DNA from: Octopus vulgaris | Taxonomy: Eukaryota | DNA: 64,000 nt | Direction: 5' to 3' | NCBI GenBank assembly: GCA_951406725.2 | Contig: OX597838.1 | Span: 25,110,001 to 25,174,000 of the forward strand | Part shown: in pieces, positions 15,105 through 28,807 of the stretch | How positions within the stretch are numbered: position 1 is the first letter of the stretch | Layout of the letters: each line of letters opens with the position of its first letter | Notes under the pieces: generated by a model | Told to the model about the DNA's origin: nothing | The model's input: the letters and a program-made list of their open reading frames with translations, nothing else | Database searches by the model: none | Position numbers and translations under genes: made by a program

Positions 15105-15173
15105 ACTGTATACGCGTTTCTGGATTAAAGATATGTAAAATAACTCATACCTTATTTCCATCATCAGTATAGT
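15105..15173 (-). ncRNA. Minimal type I hammerhead ribozyme motif (Penelope-like)
   Basis: Minus strand actata-CTGATGA-tgga...tcca-GAAA-cgcg-TA-tacagt: palindromic stem III, 5 of 6 stem I pairs. Confidence 0.65.
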
Positions 15174-15319
15174 ATTTCAATTATAAATTTGAGAGCACTA
15201 GTTATCAAGATATTTATTCGACCAAGCGCCACTGGACAAAATTAATATCCAAAAAACCAGTACTTCTGAATTTATACAGACAAATTATATATATATATAT
15301 ATATGTATATATACGTACA

Positions 15320-15560
15320 CTTTTACTTGTTTCAGTCATTTGACGGTGGCCATGCTGGAGCACCACCTTTAGTCGAACAAATCAACCCCAGGGCTTATTC
15401 TTTGTAAGCCTAGTACTTACTCTATCATTCCCTCTTTGCCGAACCACTAAATTACGGGAACTTAAACACACCAACATCGGCGGTCAAGCAATGGTGGGAG
15501 ACAAACACAAATACACACATTAAACATATACATACACACACACACACACACACACATAAG

Positions 15561-15611
<51 letters not shown>

Positions 15612-15770
15612 GACAGGCTTCTTTCAGTTTCTGTCTACCAAATCCACTCACAAGGCTATGGTCGGCCTGAGCTACAGTAGAAGACGCTTGCGCAAGGTTC
15701 CACACAGTGGGACTGAACTCAGAACCATATGGTTGGGAGGCAAAGTTCTTAACACAGAGCCCAGCCACTC
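15320..15770 (-). mobile_element. SINE family A copy
   Basis: Reverse-complement match to 2774-3200. Confidence 0.85.
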
Positions 15771-16222
15771 TTGCATCTATATATATATATATATTTTATT
15801 CATATTGAGAGAGATATTTCATTTATTCAAGCCTACCACATGGGACATTGGTGTTTGTCTCCACTTTGAATGGAGTTTTCATCCAAGAAGGAAACAAACA
15901 CCAACACCCCCATGTGACAAACTTGAATAATGATTGTAAGACATCTCTCTCAACATGTAACCAATGGTAGTCTAATTAATCCACAATTAAAGAATATTTA
16001 TCCGTCAATGCAGTGGTGAACACCTCATTCCAACTGTTCAATATTAACGTGCTTGTGTGTGTGTGCGTGTCTGTGTGTTTGTGTGTACATGTGTGCACCA
16101 CACCACATGGTTCTGGATTCAGTTCCACTGTGTGGCACCTTGGACAAGTGTCCACTACAATAACTTTGGGCCAACCAAGGCCTTGTGAGCAGATTTGACA
16201 GACAGAAACTGAAAGAAGCCAG

Positions 16223-16256
<34 letters not shown>

Positions 16257-16389
16257 ACGCCTGTATTTGTCTCCCACTGCAGCTTGACAACTGGTGTTGG
16301 TGTATTTACATCCCCATAACATAGCAGTTTGGCAAAAAGAGACCAACAGAATAAATATCAGGCCAAAAAGAAAAAGAGAAGTATTTTGT

Positions 16390-16710
16390 CGAGGGGGGGA
16401 TTTTGTCTGGGAGGAGGGATTTAGTCCAGGAGGGGGGATATTGTCAGGGAGGAGGGATTTTGTCAGGGAGGGAGGATTTTGTCCAGGAGGGGGGATTTTG
16501 TCAGGGAGGGAGGATTTTGTTCAGGAGGGGGGATTTTGTTAGGGAGGAGGGATTTTGTCAGGGAGGGGGGATTTTGTCCAGGAGGGGTGATTTTGTCCGG
16601 GAGGGAGGATTTTGTCTAGGAAGGGGATTTTGTCCGGGAGGGAGGATTTTGTCCAGGAGGGGGGATTTTGTCAGGGAGGAGGGATTTTGTCTGGGAGGAG
16701 GGATTTTGTC
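16390..16710. repeat. G-rich ~18-19-bp minisatellite (gggaggagggattttgtca)
   Basis: About 17 degenerate tandem units. Confidence 0.9.
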
Positions 16711-18019
16711 CTTGTACCATGTGTTTTTGTGTATTAAAGTGTGTGTGAGTGTATGTATGTTTGTTTAGTAAAGTGTGTGTGTAGTCTGCAGGTATAGTCT
16801 GCATGTTAATACACATGTTTGCATGTTTTGTACATTAAAAAAACATCTTAATGTACAAACCATGCGAACATGTATATTAAAATAGGCACGTACATGCAAA
16901 CTAGACACACACACACACATGCCTGAACACACACACACTCTTTACTAAACACACACATTCTTTACTACATAAACACACACATTCACATACATACATCTCT
17001 ATACATATACAGAATTATATTGACACAAAAAATGTTTTGTTTCTTTTCTTCTCTTCTTCCATCTTTCCCTCCCTCTTTCTTTGCTCAGTCCCTCTCTCTC
17101 TCTCTCTCTCTATTTCTCTTTCCTTGCTACATCTCTCTTTCTTTGCTACGTCTCTCTCTTTCTCTTTTCCTCTCTCTCTTTCTTTACTGTCTCTTTCTCT
17201 CAATAATTCTTTTTCTCCTGTCCTATCTCTCTTTTCCAATATTTCTTTTACTTCATCTTCATCTCTCTCTCCCTTCCTACCTTTCTTTTTTTCCAATGAT
17301 TCTTTCACCCCCCCCCCCCATCCTCTCTCTCTCTCTCCCCATTCTTTCTCCCTCTCAATATTTCTTTTACTTCATCCTTCTCTATCTCTCTTCCTCCTCT
17401 CTCCCTCCCTCCCTCTCCAACCCATCTCTCTCAATAATTCTTTTCCAGTTCAGACAATCTTATGTAATATACACTTCATCAGATTAACTGCTAGACACTG
17501 TTTTAATGTCTTATATTACTACCGCCTCCTCCACCCCATCTTTCAGACAATAAGCCCTCATTATTATTGTTGATAGTGGTGGTGGTGGCGGTGGTGGAGA
17601 ATACCAGGAAAAAATAAAATTTCTTCTGAACTAAAGTCCAGCTGCATTTTTGTCTGGGATAGGTTTCACTCAATTACTGGGATTAGTTTAAGCCACCACA
17701 CTCCTTCCGCCTAAATTTGTCACATTATCTCCATGACAAAAATTTTTATTATCTCAGCAAGAATTATCGAAGGCAGTGGCAAGCTGGCAGAATCGTTAGC
17801 ATGCCGGACAGAAATGCTTTTAACAGCAGTTCGTCCATCTTTACATTCAGTGTTCAAATTTCACTGATGTCGGCTTTGCCTTTCATCTTTTCGGGGTCAA
17901 TGAAAATAAGGACCAGTGGAGCACTGGAGTTGATGGAATCAACTAGTACTCTTCTACAAAATTTCAGGCCTTGTGCCTATAGTAGAAAGGATTATTATCA
18001 TTATTATTATTACTATTAT

Positions 18020-18333
18020 GGCACATAAAAAGCACCATCTGAACATGGCCGATGCCAGCACCACCTAGACTGGCTTCCGTGCCGGTGGCACGTAAAATGC
18101 ACTAATCCGATCGTGGCCGTTGCCAGCCTCGCCTGGCACCTGTGCAGGTGGCACGTAAAAAGCACCCACTACACTCACGGAGTGGTTGGTGTTAGGAAGG
18201 GCATCCAGCTGTAGAAACACTGCCAGATCAGACTGGAGCCTGGTGCAGCCTTCTGGCTTCCTAGATCCCCGGTCGAACCGTCCAACCCATGCTAGCATGG
18301 AGAACAGACGTTAAACGATGATGATGATGATGA
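18020..18333 (+). mobile_element. RTE 3'UTR-derived repeat
   Basis: Matches the 3'UTR of 60908-61522; other copies at ~23505-23615, 27340-27515 and 44225-44660. Confidence 0.8.
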
Positions 18334-18337
18334 TTTA

Positions 18338-18370
<33 letters not shown>

Positions 18371-19768
18371 GAAGGTGGTGAGGTGGCAGAATCATTAGTA
18401 CGCTGGGCAAAATACTTAGCAGTATTTCGTCTGCCACTATGTTCTGACTTCAAATTCCGCCGAGGTCAACTTTGCCTTTCATCCGATGAAGACATTTGAA
18501 GGGATGCCAACACAAGACCGCTTAACAAAATCATCACAGAATGAAGATTAAAACTACCAAGTTACATATTTTTGGCTACCGAAATGACACCAAAAAGCTT
18601 TCAAGTGGACACCACTGGAGGGAATAAGAAAAGCAACAAGTACATGGTGCACAATATGTAGGTTTTGGCTGCCCTGCAGTAGCTATAGCGACTGACCCCT
18701 TCCTTAAATACAACATTCCCTCAATCACAGCAAACACAAGTATAATATGGTGGTGGTCCTGTAAGGTCCACAGACCCCACACTATACCACTGACAAGCAA
18801 TCCCCTGTAGTTGACTGGTATTTTATTTTCTTAATGCCCCAAAGGGATGTAAGATAAAGTTGACATAGGAGGGATTTGAACCCAGAAGGTAACAAGGGAT
18901 TTTTGCCTGACACTCTACCGATTCAACCAACTCACCGCAGTGACAATTATTATGAAGACGACAACATCAATAACAATAACAACAAGCAACATGAAACAAT
19001 GTGGTTGCTTAGCCTGCTAAAAATAGCAGAGAAGTAACCCTTAAATTACACTCTATATTTCTGAAAAAGAGACATACACACTGGATGATATATTCCCAAA
19101 TACCCAGGGCATAACAAACCAGGGAATGAAAAATATGAGAATATCCCTGGTATAAAAAACAGAATGAGAAGAATCTGTCCTGTGCATTTGTTTCACAATT
19201 CTAAGAATATTACCAAATATGAAAGAGACTAGAACAAGGCTGGTTCCACCAGCTGTGACTATGTGATTGGGGAAAAAAAAACCTTCTGAAAAATTACTGC
19301 ATGGTCATGGGTGGATTGCCTTTGTTTATAGGTCTAGTTATAGGTCTAGTTTATAATTCTAGAGCAGTTTTGTGATTAAACAACAACAACAACAACAACA
19401 AACATATCATTTTGCGTTTTATGAAGAGAAAACACAAGGACTGTGGGATGGTGAAGTGACTCTTATGAACAAGTAGTTCTTAGGATAAACAATAAATTGA
19501 TATCATGTATGTATATGTGTGTGTGAATGCACACACATATATACACACATACATATACGCATATCTACAAATATATGTATACAGTACATATATATATATA
19601 CACACATATATAAACACACACACACATATATAAACACACACACATATATATATATATATATACAAATATATAAAATATTATTAGAGACAAAACCACTATT
19701 TTGCAAAACAAACAAGGAAAGACTTAATCAATACATAAAATTTTAATAAATAGTCAAAAAAAACGCCA

Positions 19769-19808
19769 CTACAATCGTTTCTTGTCTTGATCGACAATCT
19801 TCAGGTGG
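19769..19808 (-). ncRNA. Minimal hammerhead-like motif
   Basis: Minus strand ccac-CTGAAGA-ttgtc gatcaa gacaa-GAAA-cga-TT-gtag. Confidence 0.5.
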
Positions 19809-20153
19809 ACTTCAATAAGTCAGTTTCAAATTATAAATTGTTTTTGTATATTTTTTATATATATATATATATATACATTTATATAAACATTTAGATATAT
19901 ATACACATATATATATATAAATATATATAAACATAGGCACAGGAGTGGCTGTGTGGTAAGTAGCTTACTTACTAACCACACAGTTCTGGGTTCAGTCCCA
20001 CTGTGTGGCAGCTTCGTCAGGTGTCTTCTACTATAGCCTCAGGCCAACCAAAGTCTTGTGAGTGGATTTGTTAGATGAAAACTGAAAATGTAAATATTTT
20101 CTTACTTTTATCCAAAATTAATTTCACAAATTTGTCTTCACTTTGTTTTTTAA

Positions 20154-20374
20154 CCCTTTCGATACCAATCCAGCTGAAACTGCCGCTGGCAGTGTAGTAC
20201 AAATGTCTTGTTTTCGTAAGCTTTGAATTAAAATCTTCCACCAAACCTTAGTCACAATTCATGTTCCTAACACTAGCTTAATGATAACTAAGTTATTTAC
20301 TAAATTCTTTGTTGTATTTAAAATTAATTGAAAGAAACACAGAGCCTCTCAATAGAAATATGGTAACAAAAGGG
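20154..20374. mobile_element. piggyBac-like MITE
   Basis: TTAA|ccctttcgatacca ... tggtaacaaaaggg|TTAA; a second 5' end at ~63412-63470. Confidence 0.8.
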
Positions 20375-20842
20375 TTAATATATATATACACTACTACTGA
20401 TGCTATATAAAAAGTACTGGCTGGTGCCACACAAAAAGCACCCAATACACTCTGTGTAAGGGTTGGTGTTAGGAAGAGCATCCAGCTACAAAAACCATGC
20501 CTAACTAAACATGATAGATAGATGGATGGATGGATGATGATAATATCTCTTGATATTTTGACACTCCCTGTAAGTATGGGAGATAACTACACATATATTT
20601 TGGTCTTATTAGACCTCCACAGTGAAAGACCAAAACATGTCTACGGTTGTCTCTTATGATGTCAAAATACTATTCAAACCATTATTAGTCAATGACTAAT
20701 ATAAATGTTTCTTCCCCAAAAATAAATTCTAAATTCGTTTTTCAATTTCTAGTTGCATGAAGCATTGAAATGCTACCATTTGCCAAACCATTGTTCCTCC
20801 ATGAAGATGGAGTCTAAGAGTAAATTATTCTTTGAATACCAC

Positions 20843-20898
<56 letters not shown>

Positions 20899-20937
20899 AT
20901 ATATATGTATGTGTGTGTGTGTGCATGTATGTATCTT

Positions 20938-20975
<38 letters not shown>

Positions 20976-21000
20976 CACAAACATGTGTTTATATATGCAC

Positions 21001-21087
<87 letters not shown>

Positions 21088-21555
21088 TTATACAGAGAGA
21101 GAGAGAGCGAGAGAGAGAAAACTAGATAGATTTGTGTGGATATACATAGATATGTCTGTAAATGCATGTATATATGCAAGTATTTATATATCTATATCTA
21201 TATATATATATACACACATACAAAGACACACACACACACACATACGTATACTACAGACATCATACACTTAACAAGTACTGCATCTATACTACTTTAAGGG
21301 AATATAGTTCACACACATAAATATGCATATATACATGTAGGACAAGTACACACTCACACACACACACATACACACAGATGTACAGATAGAAGCAGTGTGT
21401 ATGACCTAGATCCATAACAGATTAGAGTATTGTAAACACAAATAAGTCTTTGAAAGCAAAACAACTAGATTCTCTCGCAGACTTTTAACACACAAACATA
21501 AATGATTAGTTATGTACTAGTTTTTAGTTAGCAGCAGCAATAATAATAATTAATG

Positions 21556-21601
<46 letters not shown>

Positions 21602-21627
21602 TTAATAACAAAAATGATAATAATAAC

Positions 21628-22290
21628 GCTTTCAGATTTTGCCACGAGGGCAGCAAATTGGGGGGGGGGAGGGGATGAGCCAATTAAATTAAGCCCCAGT
21701 GTTTAACTGGTACTTATTTTATCAACCCCGAAAGGATGAAAGGTACAGTCGACTTTGGCAGAATTTGAACTCAGAATGTAGCAACGGGTGAAATACCACT
21801 AAGCATTTCGTCCAGCGTGCTAACGATTCTGCCAGCTCACCACCTTAATAATAATAATAATAATAATAATAATCCTTTCTACTATAGGCACAAGGCCTGA
21901 AATTTTGGGGGAGGGGGCTAGTCGATTAGATTGACCTCCCCACCCCCTCCATGTTCAACTGGTACATATTTTATCAATCATGAAAGAATGAAAGGCAAAG
22001 TCAACCTTGGCAGAATTTGAACTCAGAATGTAAAGACAGAGGAAATGCCATGAAACATTTTGCCTGGCGTGCTCATGTTTCTGCCAGCTGGCTGCCTCAA
22101 TAATAATAATAATAATAATCCTGAAATTTGGGGGAGGGGTATAGTTGATTACATTGACCCCAGTACTCAACTGGTACTTAATTTATCAATCCCAAAAGGA
22201 TGAAAGGCAAAGTTGACCTCAGGGGAATTTGAACTCAGAACGTAGTGGCAGACAAAATGCCACTAAGCATTTCACCCAGTGTGCTAAAGA
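21628..22290 (-). mobile_element. Head-to-tail cluster of three family B SINEs separated by (TAA)n
   Basis: Same motifs; each copy is bordered by TAA runs. Confidence 0.8.
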
Positions 22291-22304
22291 TTGTGACGAC
22301 GACG

Positions 22305-22405
22305 ATAAATAACAATAGGCCAGATATAGTCATCAGAGATCATCAAGAAAAAAACTGTTTTCTAACTGATGTATCAATACCAACAAATGATAATGTTTCT
22401 CTAAC
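22305..22405 (+). pseudogene. R4/Dong-like non-LTR restriction-like endonuclease fragment
   Basis: NNRPDIVIRDHQEKNCFLTDVSIPTNDNV matches the RPDIV...IDV.IP.D.N motif of RLE elements. Confidence 0.65.
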
Positions 22406-22485
22406 ATTGTTCGCTTCAGACAAAAGAACTTTAATATGCACTTTCTGACAAGTTGTGGTGCACCTTAGCACTGTATACAATAATT

Positions 22486-22525
<40 letters not shown>

Positions 22526-23209
22526 CATCTATATATTTATTTATGCATGTATGTATATATAGATAAATAGGTAGACTGATAGATATGCACAGACAGACAG
22601 AGAGACAGAAAGATAGATATATTTATATATGATCCATGCAAAAATATATATATACATAATCACAAACACAAATATAAACTTATACATACGCACACATCTA
22701 TATGTCTATATATGACATGTAAACACCCAAACACTGTCAATTTATGTCACTTTGCAAGAATGTCTAGCCAACTTCCTCATTGTCTAATTCTACAATCTTC
22801 AATGCTAACGTCAACCCTCCAGCCATGACTACAACATCTAAATCTGTTAGTCAGAGAATACATTCACACAAGCTAAATGAGACATCCATATACTTGAAAA
22901 TTACAATAAATTAAACCAAGTTTTAATGCTTGGATACATATAAATAACACAAGTTGTATTTGGCTGATGTGAACTGTTAGACAGGTGGGAGTGTGTGTGC
23001 GTGTGTGTGAGTGTGTGCATATACATATATATATATATGGTGCACAAGTGGCTGTGAGGTAAGTAGCTTGCTTACAAGCCACATAGTTCTGGGTTCACTC
23101 CCACTGCGTGGTACTTTGGGCAAGTGTCTTCTACTATAGCCTTGGCCCAACCAAAGCCTTGTGAGTGGATTTGGTAGACAGAAACTGAAAGAAGCCCGAC
23201 ATATATATG

Positions 23210-23277
<68 letters not shown>

Positions 23278-23756
23278 ACTTATAAATAAGGGCAAACGAA
23301 AAAATTTCTAATGCCAAATATGCTGAAATTGGAACTATTTTCCATAACCATATAATTTTTCACAATACACACGCTACTCGAAAATAGGTCGACAGAAATT
23401 TCTAAAAAATACCTTTAAAGGCCATTGATAAAATTTTTTTTCGAAAAAATTTTATTCTACATTAAATATATATATATATATATATCATCATCATCATCAT
23501 CATCATCATTTCATCATTTAGCGTCCGTTTTCCATGCTAGCATGGGTTGGACGGTTCAACTGGGGTCTGTGAAGCCGGAAGGCTTCATCAGGCCCAGTCA
23601 GATCTGGCAGTGTTTTGACTGGGCCTATATATATATATGTATGTATGTGTATATGTTTGTGTGTTTGGGCCCCATCTGCAAGGTCATGTGCTGTTTATCT
23701 CACTCAATAATGATGATAATAATATGGAAAATTTGAAAGTACTAAATTGACATTGA

Positions 23757-23948
23757 CCCTTTAGCATTCAAACCATACATATTCAGTCAAAATATTCTCC
23801 CCGGCTTCTCTTCCCTACCTTGTTGCAATGTCATTGTAAGAATTTAAAAGAAAAACAAATCAGAGCCAATGCATGATTTAAATCAAAACAATGTGATTAA
23901 ATAAGCATAATATTTGATAGAATTATCTAAATTGTGAGTGCTAAAGGG
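23757..23948. mobile_element. piggyBac-like MITE, second family
   Basis: ccctttagcattca ... tgagtgctaaaggg|TTAA. Confidence 0.65.
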
Positions 23949-24077
23949 TTAAATTGCCCCCAACTTCCCTACCCTGCTTGGCAAATCCTCCACCTGCGTA
24001 TTTGAGTACAGTGAGGTCATTCACCCACGCACCCTATACCACCAGCAAGAGCAACAATAATAATAACAATAATAATG

Positions 24078-24370
24078 AAGGCGTATGGGTCAGTGGTTAG
24101 AGTGTCGAGCTTATGATTGGCTGCGTGTTGTGTTCTTTAGCAAGACACTTTATTTCATGTTGCTCCAGTTCACTCAACTGTAGAGGTGGGTTGCGACGTC
24201 ACAGGTGCTAAGCTGTATCTGCTGTTGCCTTTCCCTTGGATAACACTGTTAACATGGCCGGTATGTATGGGCGGCTGCTGGTCTTCCATAAACAACCTTG
24301 CCTGGACTTGTGCCTGGGAGGGTAACTTTCTAGATGCAATCCCACGGTCAGTCAAGACCGAAAGAGGTCT
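24078..24370 (+). mobile_element. tRNA-headed SINE with CORE/Nin-like body
   Basis: ggcgtatgggtcagtggttagag head; agcaagacactttatttcatgttgctccagttcactca, also seen at ~43570. Confidence 0.6.
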
Positions 24371-24389
24371 CAAAATAATAATGATAATA

Positions 24390-25260
24390 ATCCTTTCTAC
24401 TATAGGCACAAGGCCTGAAATTTGGTGGAGAGAGTTAGCTAATCACATCAACCCACTGTTTCACTGGTACTTATTTCATTGACCCCGAAAGGATGAAAGG
24501 GAAAATCGACTCTGGTGGAATTTGAACTCAGGACTTAGACACGGACGAAATGCCAATAAGCATTTCACCCAGCTTGCGAACAATTCTTCTTTCTTTATTG
24601 CCCACAAGGGGCTAAACATAAAGGGTACAAACAGGGACAGACAAAGGGATTACATCAATTACATTGACCCCCAGTGCGTAACTGGTACTTAATTTATCGA
24701 CCCCAAAAGGATGAAAGGCAAAGTCGACTTCAGCGGAATTTGAACTCAGAACGTAACGGCAGATGAAATACCGCTAAGCATTTCGCCCGGCGTGCTAACA
24801 ATTCTGCCAGCTTACCACCTTAACAATAACAATAATAATCCATTCTACTATAGGCACAAGACCTGAAATTTGGGGGGAGGGGACTAGTCAATAACATTTA
24901 CCCCAGTACTCAAAACTGGTACTTATTTTATTCACCCTGGAAAGATCAAAGACAAAGTTGACCCAAGCAGAATTTGAACTCAGAATATAAGGACAGACGA
25001 AAGACCACTAAACTTTTTATCCAGCATGCTAACAATTCTGCCAGCTTGCCCTCTTAATAATAATAAAAATAGTAATAATAATAACAATAATCCTTTCTAC
25101 TCTAGGCACAAGGCCTGAAATTTTGGGGGATGGGGTCAGTCAATTAGATCAACCCCAATATGCAACAACCTTGGCAGAATTTGAACTGAGAATGTAGTGA
25201 CATGCAAAAAAATCCACTGTCCAACATGCTAACGATATCTACCAGCTTGCCATCTTAATA
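24390..25260 (-). mobile_element. Head-to-tail cluster of four family B SINEs
   Basis: Same motifs, mostly separated by TAA/CAA runs. Confidence 0.8.
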
Positions 25261-25599
25261 ATAATAATAATAATAAAATTTAAAAGCCCACCATCCCCAG
25301 AATGAAGGTCATTAAAACTAAATTAAATTCCAGTAAAGCTAGTTTGCTTGAAATGTCCAGCCAGGTCTGTCCACACCATAGCGAAGCTTCTTGTTGCCTT
25401 ACAGGTGAAAATACTTCACAACTGGTACCTACCTGCCTACTTACTTACCCTCCTACCTACCCACCTGCTTGCCTCACACTATTGCTCAAGCACCTCCCCA
25501 CCACCAATCACTAAGAACACCACTCCACTACTAAATCTCTACCACCAATCTTAAAGTATCCACTTTTGGCTTTAGAAGTAGGCTATTCAAGGGTGAGGA

Positions 25600-25910
25600 G
25601 TGAGAAGGAGAGAGAGTGAGAGGGGGTGGAAAGGGGGAGGAGTTTGAGAGTGATAAAGAGAGAGAGAGTGAGAGAGGGGGTGGAAAGGAGGAAGAGTTTG
25701 AGAGTGATAAAGAGAGAGAGTGAGAGAGGGGTTGGAAAGGGGGAAGAGTTTGAGAGTGATAGAGAGAAAGAGTGAGAGAGGGTGGAAAGGAGGAAGAGTT
25801 TGAGAGTGATAAAGAGAGAGGGGGGTGGAAAGGAGGAAGAGTTTGAGAGTGATAAAGAGAGAGAGTGTGAGAGAGGGGTGGAAAGGGGGGAGTTTGAGAG
25901 TGATAAAGAA
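25600..25910. repeat. Purine-rich ~45-50-bp minisatellite
   Basis: Repeats of gggtggaaaggaggaagagtttgagagtgataaagagaga. Confidence 0.9.
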
Positions 25911-26677
25911 AGAGACAGACAGAGGAAATGATAAAGAGAAACTAGTAAAGAGAGACATGTGAGTGGTAAAGAGAGAATACATAAAACAGAGAGATAGGGA
26001 GAATGCAATAAAAAGACAGACAGACAGACAGAGACAAAGTGGAAAGCCCAGGAATATAGAGTGTGAAAGACAAAGAAAGAGAGAGGGAAGAAGTACAGGG
26101 ACAGAGAGAGAGGGGAGAAGAACAGCAACAGAGAGGGAGAGAGAGAAGGAAGAAGAACAGCAACAGAGAGAGAGAGAGAGAGAAACTTGAAAGCAGAGAT
26201 ATCTATCTATCTACAGTATACATATATATATGAGGGAAGAGAGAGAGAGAGAGGGGGTAAAGAGACAGAGAGAAAAATATAGTGAGTGGTAAAAAGAGAG
26301 ACAGAAAGGGTGTAAAATAGAGACAGAAAGAGAGAGAGAGAGAGGCTGAGAAAGAGGACAGTTATTTAGGTGATCTAATTAAAAATGAAGCCCCCACCCA
26401 CTTCCCTCCACTCGCGTCCTGTACATCAAATATCAATAAAGTATATGATTTGAAATGTAAAGTAATCTTTTTGGGGTCTTTTTTTTTTCCATAAACATAT
26501 AGGTGCAGGCATGGCTGTGTGGTAAGAAGCTTGCTTCCCAACGACATGGTTCCTGGTTCAGTCCTATTGTGTAGCACCTTGGGGGCAAGTGTCCTCTACT
26601 ATAGCCTCAGGTCAATCAAAGCCTTGTGAGTAGATTTGGTAGACAGAAACTGAAAGAAACCCATCGTGTATATATAT

Positions 26678-26878
26678 CAGTGCTTTTCAAACTTTTTGCT
26701 GGAGCGGAACCCCAAGGAAACATTCCACTGGCTCGAGGAACCCCTGTGCAATAATTTAATAGTCTTATGCATACATATCTGCACAGGAGAATTAAAAATT
26801 ACTGCTGATTTTAGCAGTTTTGTAACTTCTTGCGGAACCCCTGGACTGGACTGGCGGAACCCTTGTTGAAAACCACTG
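26678..26878. mobile_element. hAT (Charlie-like) MITE
   Basis: TIRs cagtgcttttcaa / ttgaaaaccactg, atatatat on both flanks, subterminal gcggaaccc repeats. Confidence 0.8.
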
Positions 26879-28737
26879 ATATATATATATAGGCCGTTGT
26901 CCGTGCAACATTGATATTCCCCACTCTGTCTGTAAAATCTTGTATCCCTGCCATAAGGCTTCATTTCCACACACCAGCTTAATTTAATTCGTCCTTAGTC
27001 GAAAGACACCTGTTGTTATGTCCTGTTATTATTTTTATTGTATTTGTGTAACATTGTCCGTTTTTTTCCATCCTTGTTTTTGTATACATTCGCTGCTTTC
27101 TTCCAATGAATCTAACGCTCTTAGCTTAGTTTTTCCTTGGGGCTGGCCAGATTGGAGCAATCTCGAGTATAACCAGCCGTAATTGCAAAGATAATCTGGA
27201 ACTCGACTGAGGAAAAAAAACTCCGAATGACCCGTCCTTATTTTCTTTGTATCGTCTATCTGGATGTTTTATTGTCCCCTTTTTTGTATCACCTAACTAT
27301 CTGGATGTTTTGCATTCTTGTCCCATTTTGTATTTATATATCATCATCATCATCGTTTAACGTCCGTTCTCCATGCTAGCATGGGTTGGACGGTTCGACC
27401 GGGGATCTGGGAAGCCAGAAGGCTGCACCAAGCTCCAGTCTTATCTTGCAGTGTTTCTACAGCTGGATGCCCTTCCTAACGCCAACCACTCCGTGAGTGT
27501 AGTGGGTGCTTTTTACTTATATACATGTGTGTTTGTATGTCCCACCATCACTACTTCACAACCGGTGTTGGTGTATTTACATCCCTGTAACTTAGCAGTT
27601 CAGCAAAAGAGATTGATAGAATGAGTACTTATTTTCCTTGTCACCAGGTATGGAGGATCTTCTGTTAAGCTTTCACTTTTCGATTCCTTTTTGCTTCATA
27701 CCAAATTGAAAAATGTTCACTTAATTTTAAAATTTCACTAAGTGGAAGACGAAACAGAAAAGATCCGGTATGGGGCTTTGAAGGGCCGCTCAGTATGTTT
27801 ACTTTTCAAAAGTAAGATAAAATTTTATGGTTATGAGATGGGCAGACGAGATAGAACGAATGTGTAAGAGAAAGAGAGATAGGAAAACAGGAAAAAATAG
27901 GATAAAAGTACAGAAGACAAGGAGAAAAACCGGGAAACAGGGATAGTTATCTATGTATATGGAGAGGGATTGAGGTAAGAATCAGAGAGAAGGCACAGTG
28001 CAGTCATTTGACCTGCTAGATTTTCTGAACGGCACGCTTAACGGAAAAATTGCCGTGAATTTTAACAGCACGGCCCGCCTAATGATGGTCCATATCTCAT
28101 GCAGCTCGCTTCTCGAAAAATGTTGACCATGCCTGAGTTAGTGAGTGGTAAAGAGATGGATAGAGTGGTGAAGAGAGAGCTAGGAAGAGTGTAAAAGAGA
28201 GAGAGAGCGAGAGAGGCTGCGCAGAAAAGAGAGAGAAAGAGAAGCTGAGAAAGAGGGCAATTATTTAGGTGAACTAATTAAAAACGAAACCCCTCCCCCC
28301 GACTCCACTCAAGTCCTGTACATCAAATATCAATAAAATATGGTTTGAAATTAAATGCAAGGTAAACTTAATATACATATATACAGACAGACAAACAGAT
28401 ATTCTTTTATAAAAATACAGATGTTCCTAACGTTACATTGCTTTTTTTCAAGTCACCAAAATAAAAACATAATAATAGCAATAACAAAGAAATAAAATAT
28501 AAAAACTTATGCATTATTAATCAATTAATTATTCACGTTATTGTCGCACGGCACATAGTCTTGTCTTACATTATAAAATATAACATTTTTTTTTAACGCA
28601 TATAATATATGTATACGTGCGCTTAAAGATATTCCATTCAAGTTTATATTAACAGACAGTGTAGGTGAGTGTACAGTATGTACGTGACAATAAATCAGAG
28701 AAAAAAAGGAAAAGGAGAGAGTGGATCAGTTGTATAC

Positions 28738-28806
<69 letters not shown>

Positions 28807-28807
<1 letters not shown>

